From Basidiobolus meristosporus CBS 931.73 (lineage: Eukaryota; Fungi; Basidiobolomycota), in the NCBI GenBank assembly GCA_002104905.1, contig MCFE01000515.1, positions 1-63,948 on the forward strand: a stretch of 63,948 nt of DNA. The letters are read 5' to 3'. The position numbers and the translations under genes are program-made. How positions within the stretch are numbered: the first letter of the stretch is position 1; the number at the start of each line of letters is the position of its first letter. Positions 1 through 10,674 of this stretch are shown one piece after another. The notes below the pieces were generated by a model that had not been told where the DNA came from, made no database searches, and saw only the letters and a program-made list of their open reading frames with translations.

Positions 1-2
1 GT

Positions 3-608
3 GGAGAATATGGAGGAAACAGCGGTGGTGGCAGCGGCGGAGGATATGGAGGAAACGGCGGTGGCGGCAGCGGTGGAGAATATGGAGGAAGCGGCGGTGG
101 TGGCAGCGGCGGAGGATATGGTGGAAACGGCGGTGGCAGCAGCGGTAGAGGTTACGGCGGCAATGGTGGTGGAAGTGGTGGAAAATATGGAGGAAATGGT
201 GGTGGCAGCGGTGGAGGATATGGAGGAAACGGCGGTGGTGGCAGCGGTGGAGGTTACGGCGGTAATGGTGGTGGAAGTGGTGGAGAATATGGAGGAAGCG
301 GTGGTGGTGGCAGCGGCGGAGGATATGGTGGAAACGGCGGCAATGGTGGTGGAAGTGGTGGAGAATATGGAGGAAACGGTGGTGGTGGCAGCGGCGGAGG
401 ATATGGTGGAAACGGCGGTGGTGGCAGCGATGGAGGTTACGGCGGCAATGGTGGTGGAAGTGGTGGAGAATATGGAGGAAACGGCGGTGGTGGCAGCGGC
501 GGAGGATATGGAGGAAACGGTGGTGGCGGTAGCGGTGGAGGTTACGGCGGCAACGGCGGTGGAAGTGGTGGTAATGGTGGTGGTAGCGGCGGTTTCTATA
601 AATATTAA
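3..608 (+). CDS. Glycine-rich repetitive protein, 3' part (5' end outside window)
   Basis: Frame 3 reads GEYGGNSGGGSGGGYGGNGGGGSGGEYGG... with no stop up to GGSGGFYKY-TAA (606-608). Gly codons vary at the third position. The ORF-track entry 1..711 is a shadow frame. Confidence 0.75.
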   Translation, partial: GEYGGNSGGGSGGGYGGNGGGGSGGEYGGSGGGGSGGGYGGNGGGSSGRGYGGNGGGSGGKYGGNGGGSGGGYGGNGGGGSGGGYGGNGGGSGGEYGGSGGGGSGGGYGGNGGNGGGSGGEYGGNGGGGSGGGYGGNGGGGSDGGYGGNGGGSGGEYGGNGGGGSGGGYGGNGGGGSGGGYGGNGGGSGGNGGGSGGFYKY

Positions 609-1163
609 GCACAGCCATCAACAGCAGTTTTTAGATATCTATAGACAAATACCTGAAATAAAAGCTAACTTTCCTACGAAAGCAGTATACGTAACAAAAT
701 GGGATTATTAACGACGAGATAATTTTTATTTTGCAATGCAACAGCCTAGCATTTACCAGGCCAATTTGGTAACGATGCTATTAGGAAACACGCGTACCAA
801 CGGTTTGCTAACTTCATCCATTAGCAAGATTCCCAGAGCCAAGCGTAGTGGGATCAGCTAATACTTGGTAAATGGGGTTTCAGTGACAAAGGTAGCCATG
901 GGCAATTACTATCGTTGTACATTTCAGTAACCGTAAAGAAGCGAGCCCCGGATTTACGACAAGAGGTGACGGCTTCTCAGGGCGAGGTGGGTTAGTCAAC
1001 CAGACCGATAATAGTCAGATCTTTTACAGCCTCCTAACATCCATTTGTTCTTTGAATTGCAAGGGTTATCAAAAATACACTCGAAGTTGACTGTAATGCT
1101 AGATGTGTCACCAGTTTGTTCGGCGAAACGAAGCAATACGTAATCGGTATAGGTTTTTTGAGA

Positions 1164-1750
1164 ATGGTCTAAGGAAAAAACGTCCAAAGAGTAAAGGAGA
1201 ATTTGAAGCCCAGCAGTAGTAGGCAAGCTGTCGATTTCACTGTCCAACAAGCAACGATTCCCCTTTGTTATTGTTCACTCGTATTCGAGCTGCTGAATTG
1301 TCCTTTAGCGGGACGTTTGGTAACTTACTAGTAAGTTTCAACATTGGTTTCAGTCATTTTTCGACTGAAAATAACGACACCCAGTCTGAATTTCTCAGTG
1401 GAGAGATTGGTGTGATTTTCAAAAGGCTGTCCAAGAGAGATACCACGACAAAGATAAAAGCTTTAGAGAATTATGTCAAGAGCAGCGACATAGAGGATCT
1501 GCTTAAAGCACTTCAGGCGTGGGTAAGGATAGTGCCAATTCGGTGGTTAAGCAATCTGAGGCCAACTATTAGTTGACCCGCCCATCACAACATTTGCCTC
1601 CTGTCAAATCTATGGCTTTCAACTGGTTCAATCAAACAGATACTATTCATAGCAATCATTTAATACCAGCAAGAAACTGCGAAGGTTATTTTTCGCAGAT
1701 CTTTGGTGAAAATTGCACAAATAATTTAATTAACAAGAACCAGAGGGATT
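1164..1750 (+). pseudogene. LTN1: Decayed N-terminal fragment of listerin E3 ligase (LTN1/RKR1-like)
   Basis: ATG GTC TAA then GKNVQRVKENLKPSSSRQA, which resembles the listerin start GKNKQRTKGNLRPSNSGRA. Downstream IFKRLSKRDTTTKIKALE resembles RKLSKKDxTTKxKA. Stops and frame breaks are present, and a GTAAGG donor is at 1523. The right boundary is approximate. Confidence 0.6.
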
Positions 1751-1761
1751 ATCGTTACTTT

Positions 1762-2448
1762 TCAGGAGCAATGGGTCTTCAAGGTCTTCTTAATCCAGGC
1801 CAGATTTGCGCGAACATCACAAAATACATGCTCTGTTTTCAGAATTGTTGAGTCTTTGGACTTGCCGTTCACAACACCAGCGACCGAGCACTGGTTGCCA
1901 GTGCAGTTAAACAGAGGACCACCGGAATCACGGAAAGCAATACCCGAGACGCCATCCGCTACTGGTAGAACGATACCTTCGGCGGAATATTTGACCTGGG
2001 CTGGATATAGGATAAATTGAAGCGCCTTGGGGATGGTATAATCATTCAAAAAGCCCCATCCTGCAACAGCGATGTGACCCTTTACTGCATTGCTTGTAAG
2101 GTTATAGCCCATATTGTGGCTCTCGGACAGTACAGCGATCTCAATATCATAGCATCTCTTGTCACTGTATTCGGGCGAGAACGACGATACTATCTTGGAT
2201 TTCTTCGTCGACTCAACCACTACGGAATCTTTGAACTCAGGGAGCATTACCTCGCCTAGTCTATTCTTTGCAAGACAGTGATGCGCAGTCAACACGCACT
2301 TGTTTCCAACCAATGCGCCGGTGCAATCATCGTTAACTTTGACGACTCCTCGCAGAAGCGGGTTTGTAGCAAAGCGGCCGTTAATGATCGCGTTCGCCGC
2401 AAGTGGTACGCAGGCAGCAGACAGGGTTAAGAAGATTGGAATTCTCAT
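1762..2448 (-). CDS. Secreted trypsin-like (S1) serine protease, intronless
   Basis: Signal-like MRIPIFLTLSAACVPLAANA, then mature IING. Triad motifs TAHHC, YDIEI and RDSGGP. Likely start is the ATG at 2448. Confidence 0.85.
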   Translation of the reverse strand: MRIPIFLTLSAACVPLAANAIINGRFATNPLLRGVVKVNDDCTGALVGNKCVLTAHHCLAKNRLGEVMLPEFKDSVVVESTKKSKIVSSFSPEYSDKRCYDIEIAVLSESHNMGYNLTSNAVKGHIAVAGWGFLNDYTIPKALQFILYPAQVKYSAEGIVLPVADGVSGIAFRDSGGPLFNCTGNQCSVAGVVNGKSKDSTILKTEHVFCDVRANLAWIKKTLKTHCS

Positions 2449-4066
2449 TCTGTATGCTATAGAGATGTCAACAGTAATGGAAGAGAAAGCGTGAAATGAG
2501 AGTACAGGCAAACACTGGCTTATATGCTTAATCGGCGCACAAGCGGTTTATATTTTGGGTGGTTTTGGGCGTTCAAACATTATTTGGGTGGCACGAAAGG
2601 GTACAGAGGATGTATTCAAGCAGCTAGTAATTGATGGTAACAACGGCTTCGAAAGTGAGCCGAATGGAGCCTATTTCGAGAAAAAACCTCGAACTATACA
2701 AAAAAGGAATAGCGACGGCGATTGTTTGTCGTACTCGATTCATTTTGGCGTCGCGCCGTGATGCAGCTTAGGGACTGTGAAACACAACTGGCAGGGCATC
2801 TGTCAGCTTTCTAACTATAGCTCTGACGCCTAAGTAGTGTCCAAAGATGAGGAGATTAATGCTAGTAAACCATAACATTTGGCATATAGTAAAATAGAAA
2901 GGAATCCATGCAACATCATCGACACAACTAATTAATGAAAATGCTTTTAGATGAACCAACATTATGCTTGTTATGACCCGCTCCAGTTCGTATGATAATG
3001 AGCTTTGCTGCGAATATTGCGAGGAAATAGAGACTTGAATCAAGCTTTGCACAAGCTTTGTTAGAGCTAACAGGATTAGGAATCTAATGATCTAGTGAAA
3101 AATTCACACAAGCCTTGCAAAGATACATACTAGTAATGATAAGGAAGACCACATGGAATCTGATATTCTAGACAGAATGATTAAGGCATTGATGGGGCTC
3201 TGTGGCTTGGGCTTGCTATTGTGCGTATTTGTTTCATCCTATCGTCAAGTCAGGTGGCCAAATTTGCCAACGGGGGAGCCCAATGCTAACCCAAATCGGT
3301 GATGGTTGGTGTTTTCCACAGCTCACCGCTACCTCTCATCCTGGATTGATGGCTTCAATAAACCTAGCTTTCCGCTACATGCTTTTACTTTCCTGCACCT
3401 CTATTCCTATCCATTTTGCTCAATTTATTACTGTTCAGGCGTTATCTTCTAAATCTATGCTGTATAGAGAAAATTGCAGAAGAACTATAAACCGTAAGCT
3501 AATCGGATGCTTCAGAACAGGCTCCTTTAAGAAATAATTTCTATTCGAATCGTAGACCAATAGCGCAGAATATCACTATCCACAATCGATACGTAGAGAT
3601 AAATGTAGTGTGGCGCATGGTCTCCTATCCTCAACCTAGCTTCCAATCTACACATTACTACAGTAATCAGCCAAAGTCTACACGTGTAGTGATCCCAACC
3701 TTCAGCACTTGATATCTCTTCGCGTAGCCATACGTGAATAAGGCCTCAACTGATGTTATCTGGATTATCTGTGCCAGCGCCACAAAGGGTGGCCAGATCT
3801 TCGATTCAAATCAAGCATCGATACAGATCTGCAGCAACTGAAACCTCAAGGTTCCAGATCACTTTCGCTTAGCGTGTACCTATTTCTGCCACCGCTCTGA
3901 CCATCAATTGAACGGCCCTTCCCCATTTAACCATGATCACCCTATTTTGCATCGAAGAGGGGCAATCTCTTATTCTTGCACTTGACTTGGATGAAAGATT
4001 GATACCCAACCAGGCTAGTTTTCAGTAATTTATAAATAGGCCTAAATCCCATACTTTGGGACATAA

Positions 4067-5962
4067 ATGACTTCTTCAACCTGGGCTCGCGTTCTGCTGG
4101 GACTTTCTCTTGCGGTGCTACCGGCAACGGCAGATGCCATGAACTTGGCTTCCGTCGATCTCAACACGTTAGCCAATAATACATTATTCAACACCTGGAG
4201 GCCTTCTTACCATTTTATTGCGCCGAACTCGTGGATGAATGATCCATGTGCTCCTTTCTACGAGCCCAACACGAAAACCTACCATCTCTTCTACCAATGG
4301 CATCCGCACCACGTCCAGTGGGGAAACATGACCTGGGGGCACGCGGTTTCCAGTGATCTTATTGTCTGGTATGATGTCGGGGGATGGGAGGACCCGATCG
4401 CTCTTTCCCCCACTCCCAATTCTCCCGATAGACTGGGGGTTTTTGATGGGTCTCTAATCCACGCAGATGGTGGGAACCTGACCATCATGTATACCGCGGT
4501 CAAGCATCTGCCAACTAGCTGGAACATCCCTTATATCTATGGGACATCGTCGCAAGCTTTGGCGGTTTCCAATGATTATGGCAACTCCTGGACCCCGTAC
4601 AATGATGGCAAGCCGGTTATTCTTCATCCGCCAGAGGGCTATAACGTTACCGCTTTCCGAGATTCAATGTATATAGACCCAAGCACTCCTTTAGATAATA
4701 TTATATATGGATCAAACAATGATGTGGAACATGCCTATGTGACGGTCTCTGGAGGGATTAAAGAGGTTGGCCCTGATGTCCTCCTCTACTCTGCTCCCAA
4801 GCACAATCTCACTGAGTGGACATTCCTCGGAAAGATTGTAACTCAAGGTCTGAATGCTAGCTGGAGTGACCAGTCACTTGGCTATGGATTTAATTTCGAG
4901 TGCGCCAATGTGTTCACTCTGCCTGATGAAGAGGGAAACCTTCATCATTTTGCTACAATGGGAACCGAGGGTGCAGCCAACTCATTTCACATCGATAACC
5001 ACTCCTCCATCTGGTCAGAAGGCCTGATTACTTCGCACACTGATGACCAAACTGTGAGATTCGAAACCATCGCAACCGGCTCCATGGATTGGGGTAATAC
5101 CTATGCCATCAGCTCATTCCTTGACTCCTCTTCCGGAAAGAGAATCGCCATTGGTTGGATTGCTGAGGATACCAATAATTACGGCGACACTGCAATGGGA
5201 TATCAGGGCGCACTGACCCTTCCCCGAGAGCTGTTTGTGAAGACCTACAGAGGCGTGGTAAATACCGACGGTAAGCTCACAAAACGGTCACCCTGGACTG
5301 CCAAAGAGAACGCCAACGGAACCTACACCATTACCACGCTCGGCTTGAAGCCCGCACAGCAAGTACGCAACTTCTTCGAGCCGATGCAGCCCATCATCGT
5401 CGTCAATAAAACCCTTGAGGGCAACGGTGAGGTCAAGTCGATCAGCAACCTAGGTGAGAAATTCCGTTTTAAGACCAGCATTTCGATTCATGATGACTCC
5501 CAAGTCGCTCTGATCGTTCGCTCTAGTGAAGACACAAAAGAGCATACCAGTATTGTGTTCAATCCAAAGAATTCCACCATCATAGTGGACCGTTCCCAAT
5601 CAACACTTATCCAAAATTTCACCACCACTCCGGTCACCGGATTCTTCTCCTTATTTGACTTCTACAACAGAGACAACCGCACCGTTGACCGGGAGACCCT
5701 TGAGGTGGAGATCTGGGTGGACAACTCAATTATAGAGGTGTATGCCAACGAGCGATTTGCCCTGGCCACTCGAGTGTACCCTACGAGTAACAATGCCGTT
5801 GGTGTAGGGTACTGGGTGAATGGGTCCATCACCGTAAATAAGCTTGAAATTCAGAGCAGCTTTGTCAACACGTTCCCATCCCGGCCGTACAATAGCTCCA
5901 CTTATCTCGTATTCGATTCGGCGAGCGTCACCAACAACGGGAAATACTGGACTGGCTATTGA
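4067..5962 (+). CDS. Secreted glycoside hydrolase family 32 (beta-fructofuranosidase/inulinase type), intronless
   Basis: Signal peptide, WMNDP nucleophile motif, WGHAVS, FRDS, FECAN acid/base and C-terminal VDNSIIEVY. TATAAA lies just upstream (about 4031). Confidence 0.95.
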   Translation: MTSSTWARVLLGLSLAVLPATADAMNLASVDLNTLANNTLFNTWRPSYHFIAPNSWMNDPCAPFYEPNTKTYHLFYQWHPHHVQWGNMTWGHAVSSDLIVWYDVGGWEDPIALSPTPNSPDRLGVFDGSLIHADGGNLTIMYTAVKHLPTSWNIPYIYGTSSQALAVSNDYGNSWTPYNDGKPVILHPPEGYNVTAFRDSMYIDPSTPLDNIIYGSNNDVEHAYVTVSGGIKEVGPDVLLYSAPKHNLTEWTFLGKIVTQGLNASWSDQSLGYGFNFECANVFTLPDEEGNLHHFATMGTEGAANSFHIDNHSSIWSEGLITSHTDDQTVRFETIATGSMDWGNTYAISSFLDSSSGKRIAIGWIAEDTNNYGDTAMGYQGALTLPRELFVKTYRGVVNTDGKLTKRSPWTAKENANGTYTITTLGLKPAQQVRNFFEPMQPIIVVNKTLEGNGEVKSISNLGEKFRFKTSISIHDDSQVALIVRSSEDTKEHTSIVFNPKNSTIIVDRSQSTLIQNFTTTPVTGFFSLFDFYNRDNRTVDRETLEVEIWVDNSIIEVYANERFALATRVYPTSNNAVGVGYWVNGSITVNKLEIQSSFVNTFPSRPYNSSTYLVFDSASVTNNGKYWTGY

Positions 5963-6062
5963 GCATTGATGTCGGATGGATTTGTATAAATAAACATGTC
6001 TGCCTTATGCCTTATACTGCAAACACCGATGAATGAATACTGGAATTTATTTTACCAAGGGA

Positions 6063-6953
6063 TTATTGCTTACTGGAAGCATTGGCGAACAAGGTTTCGA
6101 AATCTGCTGGCTTAATGTCTGGAAATTTCTCATTGGTAACCATAGGGAACTGGTATTTCCCTTCGGCAAAAGCCGCGAACAAGTAGTAAATGAAACTTAG
6201 ATCGGGATCAGCTGTATTGAGGATAAGTTTTTTGAGGGTCACAACCGGCTTATACTCCCGTTCCACCCTCTTACCGCTATACTTTTCATACAGGTCAACC
6301 ACCTCGTTGTATGACTTATAGTCCCCGCTCAAGTACAGCTCTGCATTTTTGCTGATAGAGTCTGAAAGGGAGGCTACCAGGTACCTCGCTGTGTCAACCA
6401 CAGTAATCCACTCAACTTTGGCCTTTCCATCACCTGGAATAACAGCTTTCACATGATCCGGATTCTCTCCGTTGAGAAATGGGGCCCAAGCCTGCGAAGC
6501 AAAGTCGATGAAATTCCCGTTGTATACAATTGTGTACTCCAACCCAGCTTGTTGGATTGCTTGTCTGATCGATTTTTTGGCCTTGACGAATGGGTGAACA
6601 TACGGCCCATTGTAACCATCAATTTCCAGAGTGTAATGATAGCCAAAATCCGAAGGAACGAAGCGGCGCACACCAGCCTCCTTGGCAGCTGACAGTATCT
6701 GTAGTTGAGATTCGAGTCCAGCTCTGCTAAGAGCAATAATGACGGTATTGACCCCAGTCAGTGCCATGACAAGGGAACGGTGATCATCTAGGTCACCCTC
6801 AACAATCTTCACCCCTGGCATATTAACCTTGCTTCCACCAGTCCTGACGAAGGCGGACACTTCGAACTTGGGGGATCGAAGCAGCTCCTTTAAGATGCTA
6901 CTACCTACATATCCGGACGCTCCAAATATCAAAACTACTTGCTTATCACTCAT
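6063..6953 (-). CDS. NmrA/isoflavone reductase-like NAD(P)-binding protein
   Basis: GASGYVG Rossmann motif, AKEAGVRRFVPSDFG, YTIVYNGNF. 296 aa, intronless. Confidence 0.85.
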   Translation of the reverse strand: MSDKQVVLIFGASGYVGSSILKELLRSPKFEVSAFVRTGGSKVNMPGVKIVEGDLDDHRSLVMALTGVNTVIIALSRAGLESQLQILSAAKEAGVRRFVPSDFGYHYTLEIDGYNGPYVHPFVKAKKSIRQAIQQAGLEYTIVYNGNFIDFASQAWAPFLNGENPDHVKAVIPGDGKAKVEWITVVDTARYLVASLSDSISKNAELYLSGDYKSYNEVVDLYEKYSGKRVEREYKPVVTLKKLILNTADPDLSFIYYLFAAFAEGKYQFPMVTNEKFPDIKPADFETLFANASSKQ

Positions 6954-7552
6954 AACTTGAAGTTTCTCTATGGGGAACTTTACTTCGTCTGGCGGCTATT
7001 TATACCAAACAACCCAGGCTGGTGCCTGCACCGTCTCCATTAGTAATGCCGGATTTTCCGACGCCAATAGAAGGAAGTGATGACCCGACAAATGGTAAAC
7101 GCACATTGCACGGGTGAATAACTGACTCTTGCTTTGTAATTTCTGATAATCATCGAGGCAAGGTCTGGACGACGGGATTCGCAGTTTAGATTTGGCTGGC
7201 TTGGATTGCTCTCGAGTAAAGGAATCGGACTTCAAATTCTTCCAACTTTAATGTCACAGGCGATACGGATTAGCCAATAGTTGAATACTTTATTCAGGTA
7301 TGTGTTCTACATGAAACAGCCAATAAACATCCTATTAAATAAGAAATCCATATTTATTCAATACTAATTATTCTGACTATAACATTATTGATGAATCCTG
7401 TCATTAACTATTTCGGACAAACTCGGACAAACACTCGCATGTCAGCGCGGGCGATAACAACCTTAGACTCTCAGCACTCCCAGTGGCTGATAGCACAATG
7501 CCTGGACACTTTAATCCAAGGCGAGAGCAGTTGTGCAAGAGGAAACAAGCCT

Positions 7553-8550
7553 CTATTGTTGAAGCAATGCCACAGCTTTACGAATAATCCCGTCGGCGTG
7601 TTTCAAGGCATTTTGGGCGGCAGGGAAATCCACCTGCACCATGGCCATTACGATAGCTGGTGCAAGTTCGTTATTGGTCTCCCGAAGATATCTTTCCGCC
7701 TCCTCTGCACTACATCCACTAGCCTGAGTCACGATACGAACCGCACGAACCTTCTGCTTGTAATTTCTGGGTTGAAGGTTTACCATGAGATTTCCGTGCA
7801 CCTTTCCTAATTTGATCATTACACCATTGGTGATCATATCAAGTATTAACTTTTGTGCGCTGGTGGACTTCAAACGTGTGCTCCCTGTGATAATCTCGGG
7901 CCCGGTTAGTGCCTCGATACAGATATCAGCTGTCTTTGCGATGATGGTGTCAGGGTTGGTGGCAATGGCTACGGTCAAAACTTCGGGGACCAGTTTCTTG
8001 GCTTCCGACAAGGCTTGGAGCACATATGGCGTACGACCTAGTGAATCCGGTTGAGGTTAAGCTTACGAATGGTATTTCAGGTGAGCAATATATGCCTACC
8101 TGACGCAGAGAGCCCAATAACCGTGTCTTCTTTGGTGAGATTTAGATTCTCCATGTCCTTAACTGCTAGTTTGGGATCGTCCTCCAAATGCTCTAGCGCG
8201 CCTAACATGGCGGCATTTCCACCAGCCATTAGGGCAATACAGCAGCTAGGATCCAAATTAAAGGTAGGCGGCATCTCAGCAGCTTCAGTGACACCAATAC
8301 GCCCACTGGCGCCGGCACCCAACATAATGATGCGGCCACCACGTTTAAACCGCGGATACATAGCATCCACAGTCTCAGCAATTTTGTCATTCGCCTTCTC
8401 AATTGCCTTCAAGACGTAGTAGTCCTCGTTGTTCAATAGTCTCATCAGGTCAACAGTGGGAAGAGCGTCCATATCCGAAGTGCGAGGGTTGCACTGCTCC
8501 GTATCGAGGCTAGCCAGCATCTGTGGGTCGTTGTAGTCAAGGTTAGCCAT
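7553..8550 (-). CDS. murQ: N-acetylmuramic acid 6-phosphate etherase (MurQ)-like SIS-domain protein, 2 exons (8100-8550, 7553-8037)
   Basis: Motifs GAGASGRIG, EAAEMPPTF, LEDD, SASG|RTPY, GPEIITGSTRLK and KLGKVHGNLMV. A 62-nt GTAGGC...CACTAG intron (8038-8099) restores SASGRTPY in phase. Confidence 0.9.
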
Positions 8551-8948
8551 GGTTGTTGTTGTGACGTTCTGAATACAAAGCTATGGCTTCAAACTCTTTT
8601 ATATTTTACAGTTGAATCTTCACGCTCTACGAAGAACAAGGTGATTTGGTAGCATTTCTCGGCCCGTATCGGGATTGTGGTGGGACTCAACCTCTAGATA
8701 TAGCCTGTCGTACTATATATAGAGCAATATTTCCATAGATCTTGAAATGGCTGCATAGAGCGAGTGGGTATTCAGCTTGGATTCAGCTTGAATATTTACT
8801 ATTATGTGTTCCCATAGATGTCAAAAGTCACTCTATCTCGGATACTATCCGGATACCACTATGTACAAGGCATGATGTTTCAGAAAGCATATGATCAGCA
8901 GACTACAAGTAAAAATAGAAACAGGGTCTAGGAATGAATAAGAACGAC

Positions 8949-9017
8949 TTCAAGGACTATGCAAAATGGTACGAGCATAGTTCATTTCAAGGACTATGCA
9001 AAATGGTACGAGCATAG
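8949..9017. repeat. Direct tandem duplication, 32-bp copies at 37-bp period
   Basis: TTCAAGGACTATGCAAAATGGTACGAGCATAG at 8949-8980 and 8986-9017. Confidence 0.95.
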
Positions 9018-10674
9018 CTTCGAAAACTAATAGGTGTCTTTGTTCTCTTGGGGAATAACTCTGGCGAAAGGTCAGCGGAGATCGCGGAGTGTTTCCTCTT
9101 AGGGGCCGGGTTGGTGGACATCGCAGGGTCCTTTCTCTTAGGGAACAGGTCGGGTGATGTGTCGGGTCGACTGGCAGCAAACAAATCTGGCGAAGTATCA
9201 GCTGGCCCCGAGGAGGGCCTCTTTGGAGGGGTCTGCTTAGCACGAGTGCGAGTTGGCTTTAGACTCTCTGGCTCTTTCGTTGGGGAATCATCAAAATTCA
9301 ATAGTCGTTGGATAGATGTCTGAATACGAGCTTTTGAGGCTCGGAAGGAATGAGAATCTAGTATAGGGGAGGAATCCGTATGTGGTTTATCTGAGTGTAA
9401 TGGAGGCGAAGATTTCTTTGTTCTAGACGACGGATGCTCAGCAATCTTTTCATCGTGTGTAGTGTCCTGTAGGATATCATTTGGATTGGGATGCCTCGAT
9501 TTTCCTGCGCTTAAAGAAACAACTCCCCTTTGATCCTGCGAACAACCGGTGAGGGTCCTGTTGATATGGCATTTGCTATCGATCGAAGAGATAGCTGGAG
9601 AATGCTGACCAACACGCTTAGATTTGGTTCTCGCCTGAATTTTTACTACTTCGTCCGGAGGTTTGGATGCAATGCTAGAATCGGAGGTTTCGGTAGATAC
9701 CACTAATGTATATCAGCGTCAACGATATCATACTGGCGGAATATCCGTCATGATATTACCTCTGACTTTCATGAGTTTCTTGATTTTCCGTTTTTTGCTG
9801 TTGAGAAGATCTTTGAACTAATATTGATGAGAATCGGGTGATGGAGATGGCGACTAGAGCTTACCTTATGAACCATGAGCAGCTCCATATCGTCCTTTTC
9901 TTTAACCAAAGCATCTAACTGTTGGTGTAACAAGTGATTTGTGTTCTGAAGTACATTGAGGTCCTTGCGTATTCTCATGTTCTCTTCCTGGATTACGAGC
10001 GATAGATATACTTAATATTCATCACAATAGTTATGTGGCTATCATCTAGTACAACCTGCTCATCCCTCCATAGCTTCAACCAATTACTCCACTCCGCCAC
10101 GGTAGCCTGCTCTTTCAGCGGAACAAGGTCCAGGTGGCCTAAAGCAAACTGGCAGGAAAGGATTAGCACTCGCATTGAAACCTTTGGAATATTATTGAGA
10201 AAAAACCTTATTCCCCTTCTCTAAAGCAAGACTCCATTTCAAAATTTTCTTTACAAGGAAACAACATAACCCGGTCAGAACAGGATCTCTGAAGGGAATT
10301 CAGCCAAGTCCCTTACTGAAGAATCTCGAACTCCGCCTCCATAACTGTCCTCTATCGTACAGCACACCTCTTCGTTGTGTTCATTTGGTAGACCAGAAAA
10401 CGTTTGTTCAGTGAGGCTCAAGTAATCCTCTACATCCATATAACTCGGCTTCACTGTTAACAACTCTTCCACGCTAACTAAGCCCAAGTTTAATCAAGGT
10501 GACCCGGGTTCACCACGTCGTTAGTTACTGACCTGATTTTTTCCAAAAGACTTTACAGTTGGTTAGCGTTACAGTCAAAGCAGTAGCCTTGCCCACATGT
10601 TTCTCCCAAACCGAGCTGAGATAATAGTTCTCTTCCCCGACCGTCAAGGTCAAGAGAAATGGTTTAGAAGACAT
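8987..10674 (-). CDS. XRCC4: XRCC4/LIF1-like NHEJ scaffold protein, multi-exon
   Basis: Joined exons give YYLSSVWEKH..LTVTLTN..FW, then SVEELL..YMDVEDYLSLTEQTFSG, FALGHLDL, and a coiled coil LVKEKDDMELLMVHK|FKDLLNSKKRKIKKL (compare XRCC4 FILVLNEKKTKIRSL). A disordered S/P-rich tail follows. Start taken as the ATG at 10674. Confidence 0.7.

Noticed and set aside
1-711. 236-aa Val/Ala/Glu/Met repeat ORF
   Set aside because: Shadow frame of the Gly-rich coding sequence in frame 3.
4067-8550. Bacterial contamination or operon interpretation of GH32-NmrA-MurQ
   Set aside because: MurQ has a canonical spliceosomal intron, the genes are convergent, and the flanks are intron-rich eukaryotic genes.
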